Shown in pieces: positions 63,416-64,000 of a stretch of 64,000 bases of DNA. Each line of letters opens with the position of its first letter. Position 1 is the first letter of the stretch. Source of the stretch: Felis catus (taxonomy: Eukaryota); contig NC_058368.1 in assembly GCF_018350175.1 (NCBI RefSeq), positions 191,334,001 to 191,398,000 of the forward strand. Reading direction: 5' to 3'. Both the position numbers and the translations under genes were made by a program. Under the pieces are notes generated by a model that was not told the origin of the DNA, did no database searches, and saw nothing but the letters and a program-made list of their open reading frames with translations.

Positions 63416-64000
63416 GACCCTCATGTATGTTCCACCACTTGCTTGGAGGGCGCTAAGGTTGTCCCTCTTGGGTAGTAGTAAGTGAAAAGTTCTCCGTCTG
63501 GCCCTGATCAAATGGAATTAGAGGTGAGAAAGGCAACAAAGGATCACTGGAAATTTAAGAGTGGTGCATATCCGTGGGTTGAAAGATGAGGTTAGGGCCA
63601 AATGTCAAATTCAAATACAAGCCACCTTTTATGTAAATGACTGATTTTGCTTTCATTATATCACCCTTGGGCATACTCAGTATAAATGTACTTTTTAAGA
63701 GGACAAGGAGAAATATGGGAGATAAAGTCATAGTTCAGGAAAAAGCAAAGGGAAGGAATTCAAGAAACAAGCCAGCCAAGTAACTTGAGCAAGTTACTTC
63801 ACTTCCATGCTTACTCTTCATTGGGTGTAGAATTCACATATTACTCCTTGCCTTTTCCATTCCTGGGGGCATCTGCAAGATTCATAGGAGATAATAATCC
63901 TGAAAGAATTTTGAAAAAGCCTGACTGACTTGTAACTGCAAGCCATAATTATTACCATCCCTCTAATTCAGTTCAACTTCATTTACCTGAAATTCTAGGA

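Overview
Mammalian genomic DNA, almost certainly from a cat-family (feliform) carnivore. About 20 tRNA-derived Can-SINEs are present, several of the feline SINEC_Fc type with clear target-site duplications (TSDs). They sit on a dense background of older eutherian repeats: MIR, L2, L3/CR1, L1M, MaLR/ERV solo LTRs, and hAT and Tigger fossils. I found no protein-coding gene I can name, and no rRNA, genuine tRNA, CRISPR array or prokaryotic feature. Nearly all ORFs in the supplied track are chance or repeat-derived. The window looks like a large intron or intergenic region. The strongest non-repeat signal is an 83-nt CpG-rich candidate internal exon on the minus strand (18969-19051) with textbook splice signals; it joins in frame with two other minus-strand candidates (57186-57257 and 10682-10732). 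Other points of interest are a 23-bp-arm hairpin inside one SINE, a three-level nested insertion, an L1 that keeps both ends but lacks ORF1 and the endonuclease region, an alternating-orientation SINE cluster, and motif-dense repeat-free segments that may be enhancers. The sequence alone does not demonstrate a new biological system. Repeat subfamily names come from recalled consensus similarity and need RepeatMasker/Dfam confirmation. Boundaries of old repeats are approximate.
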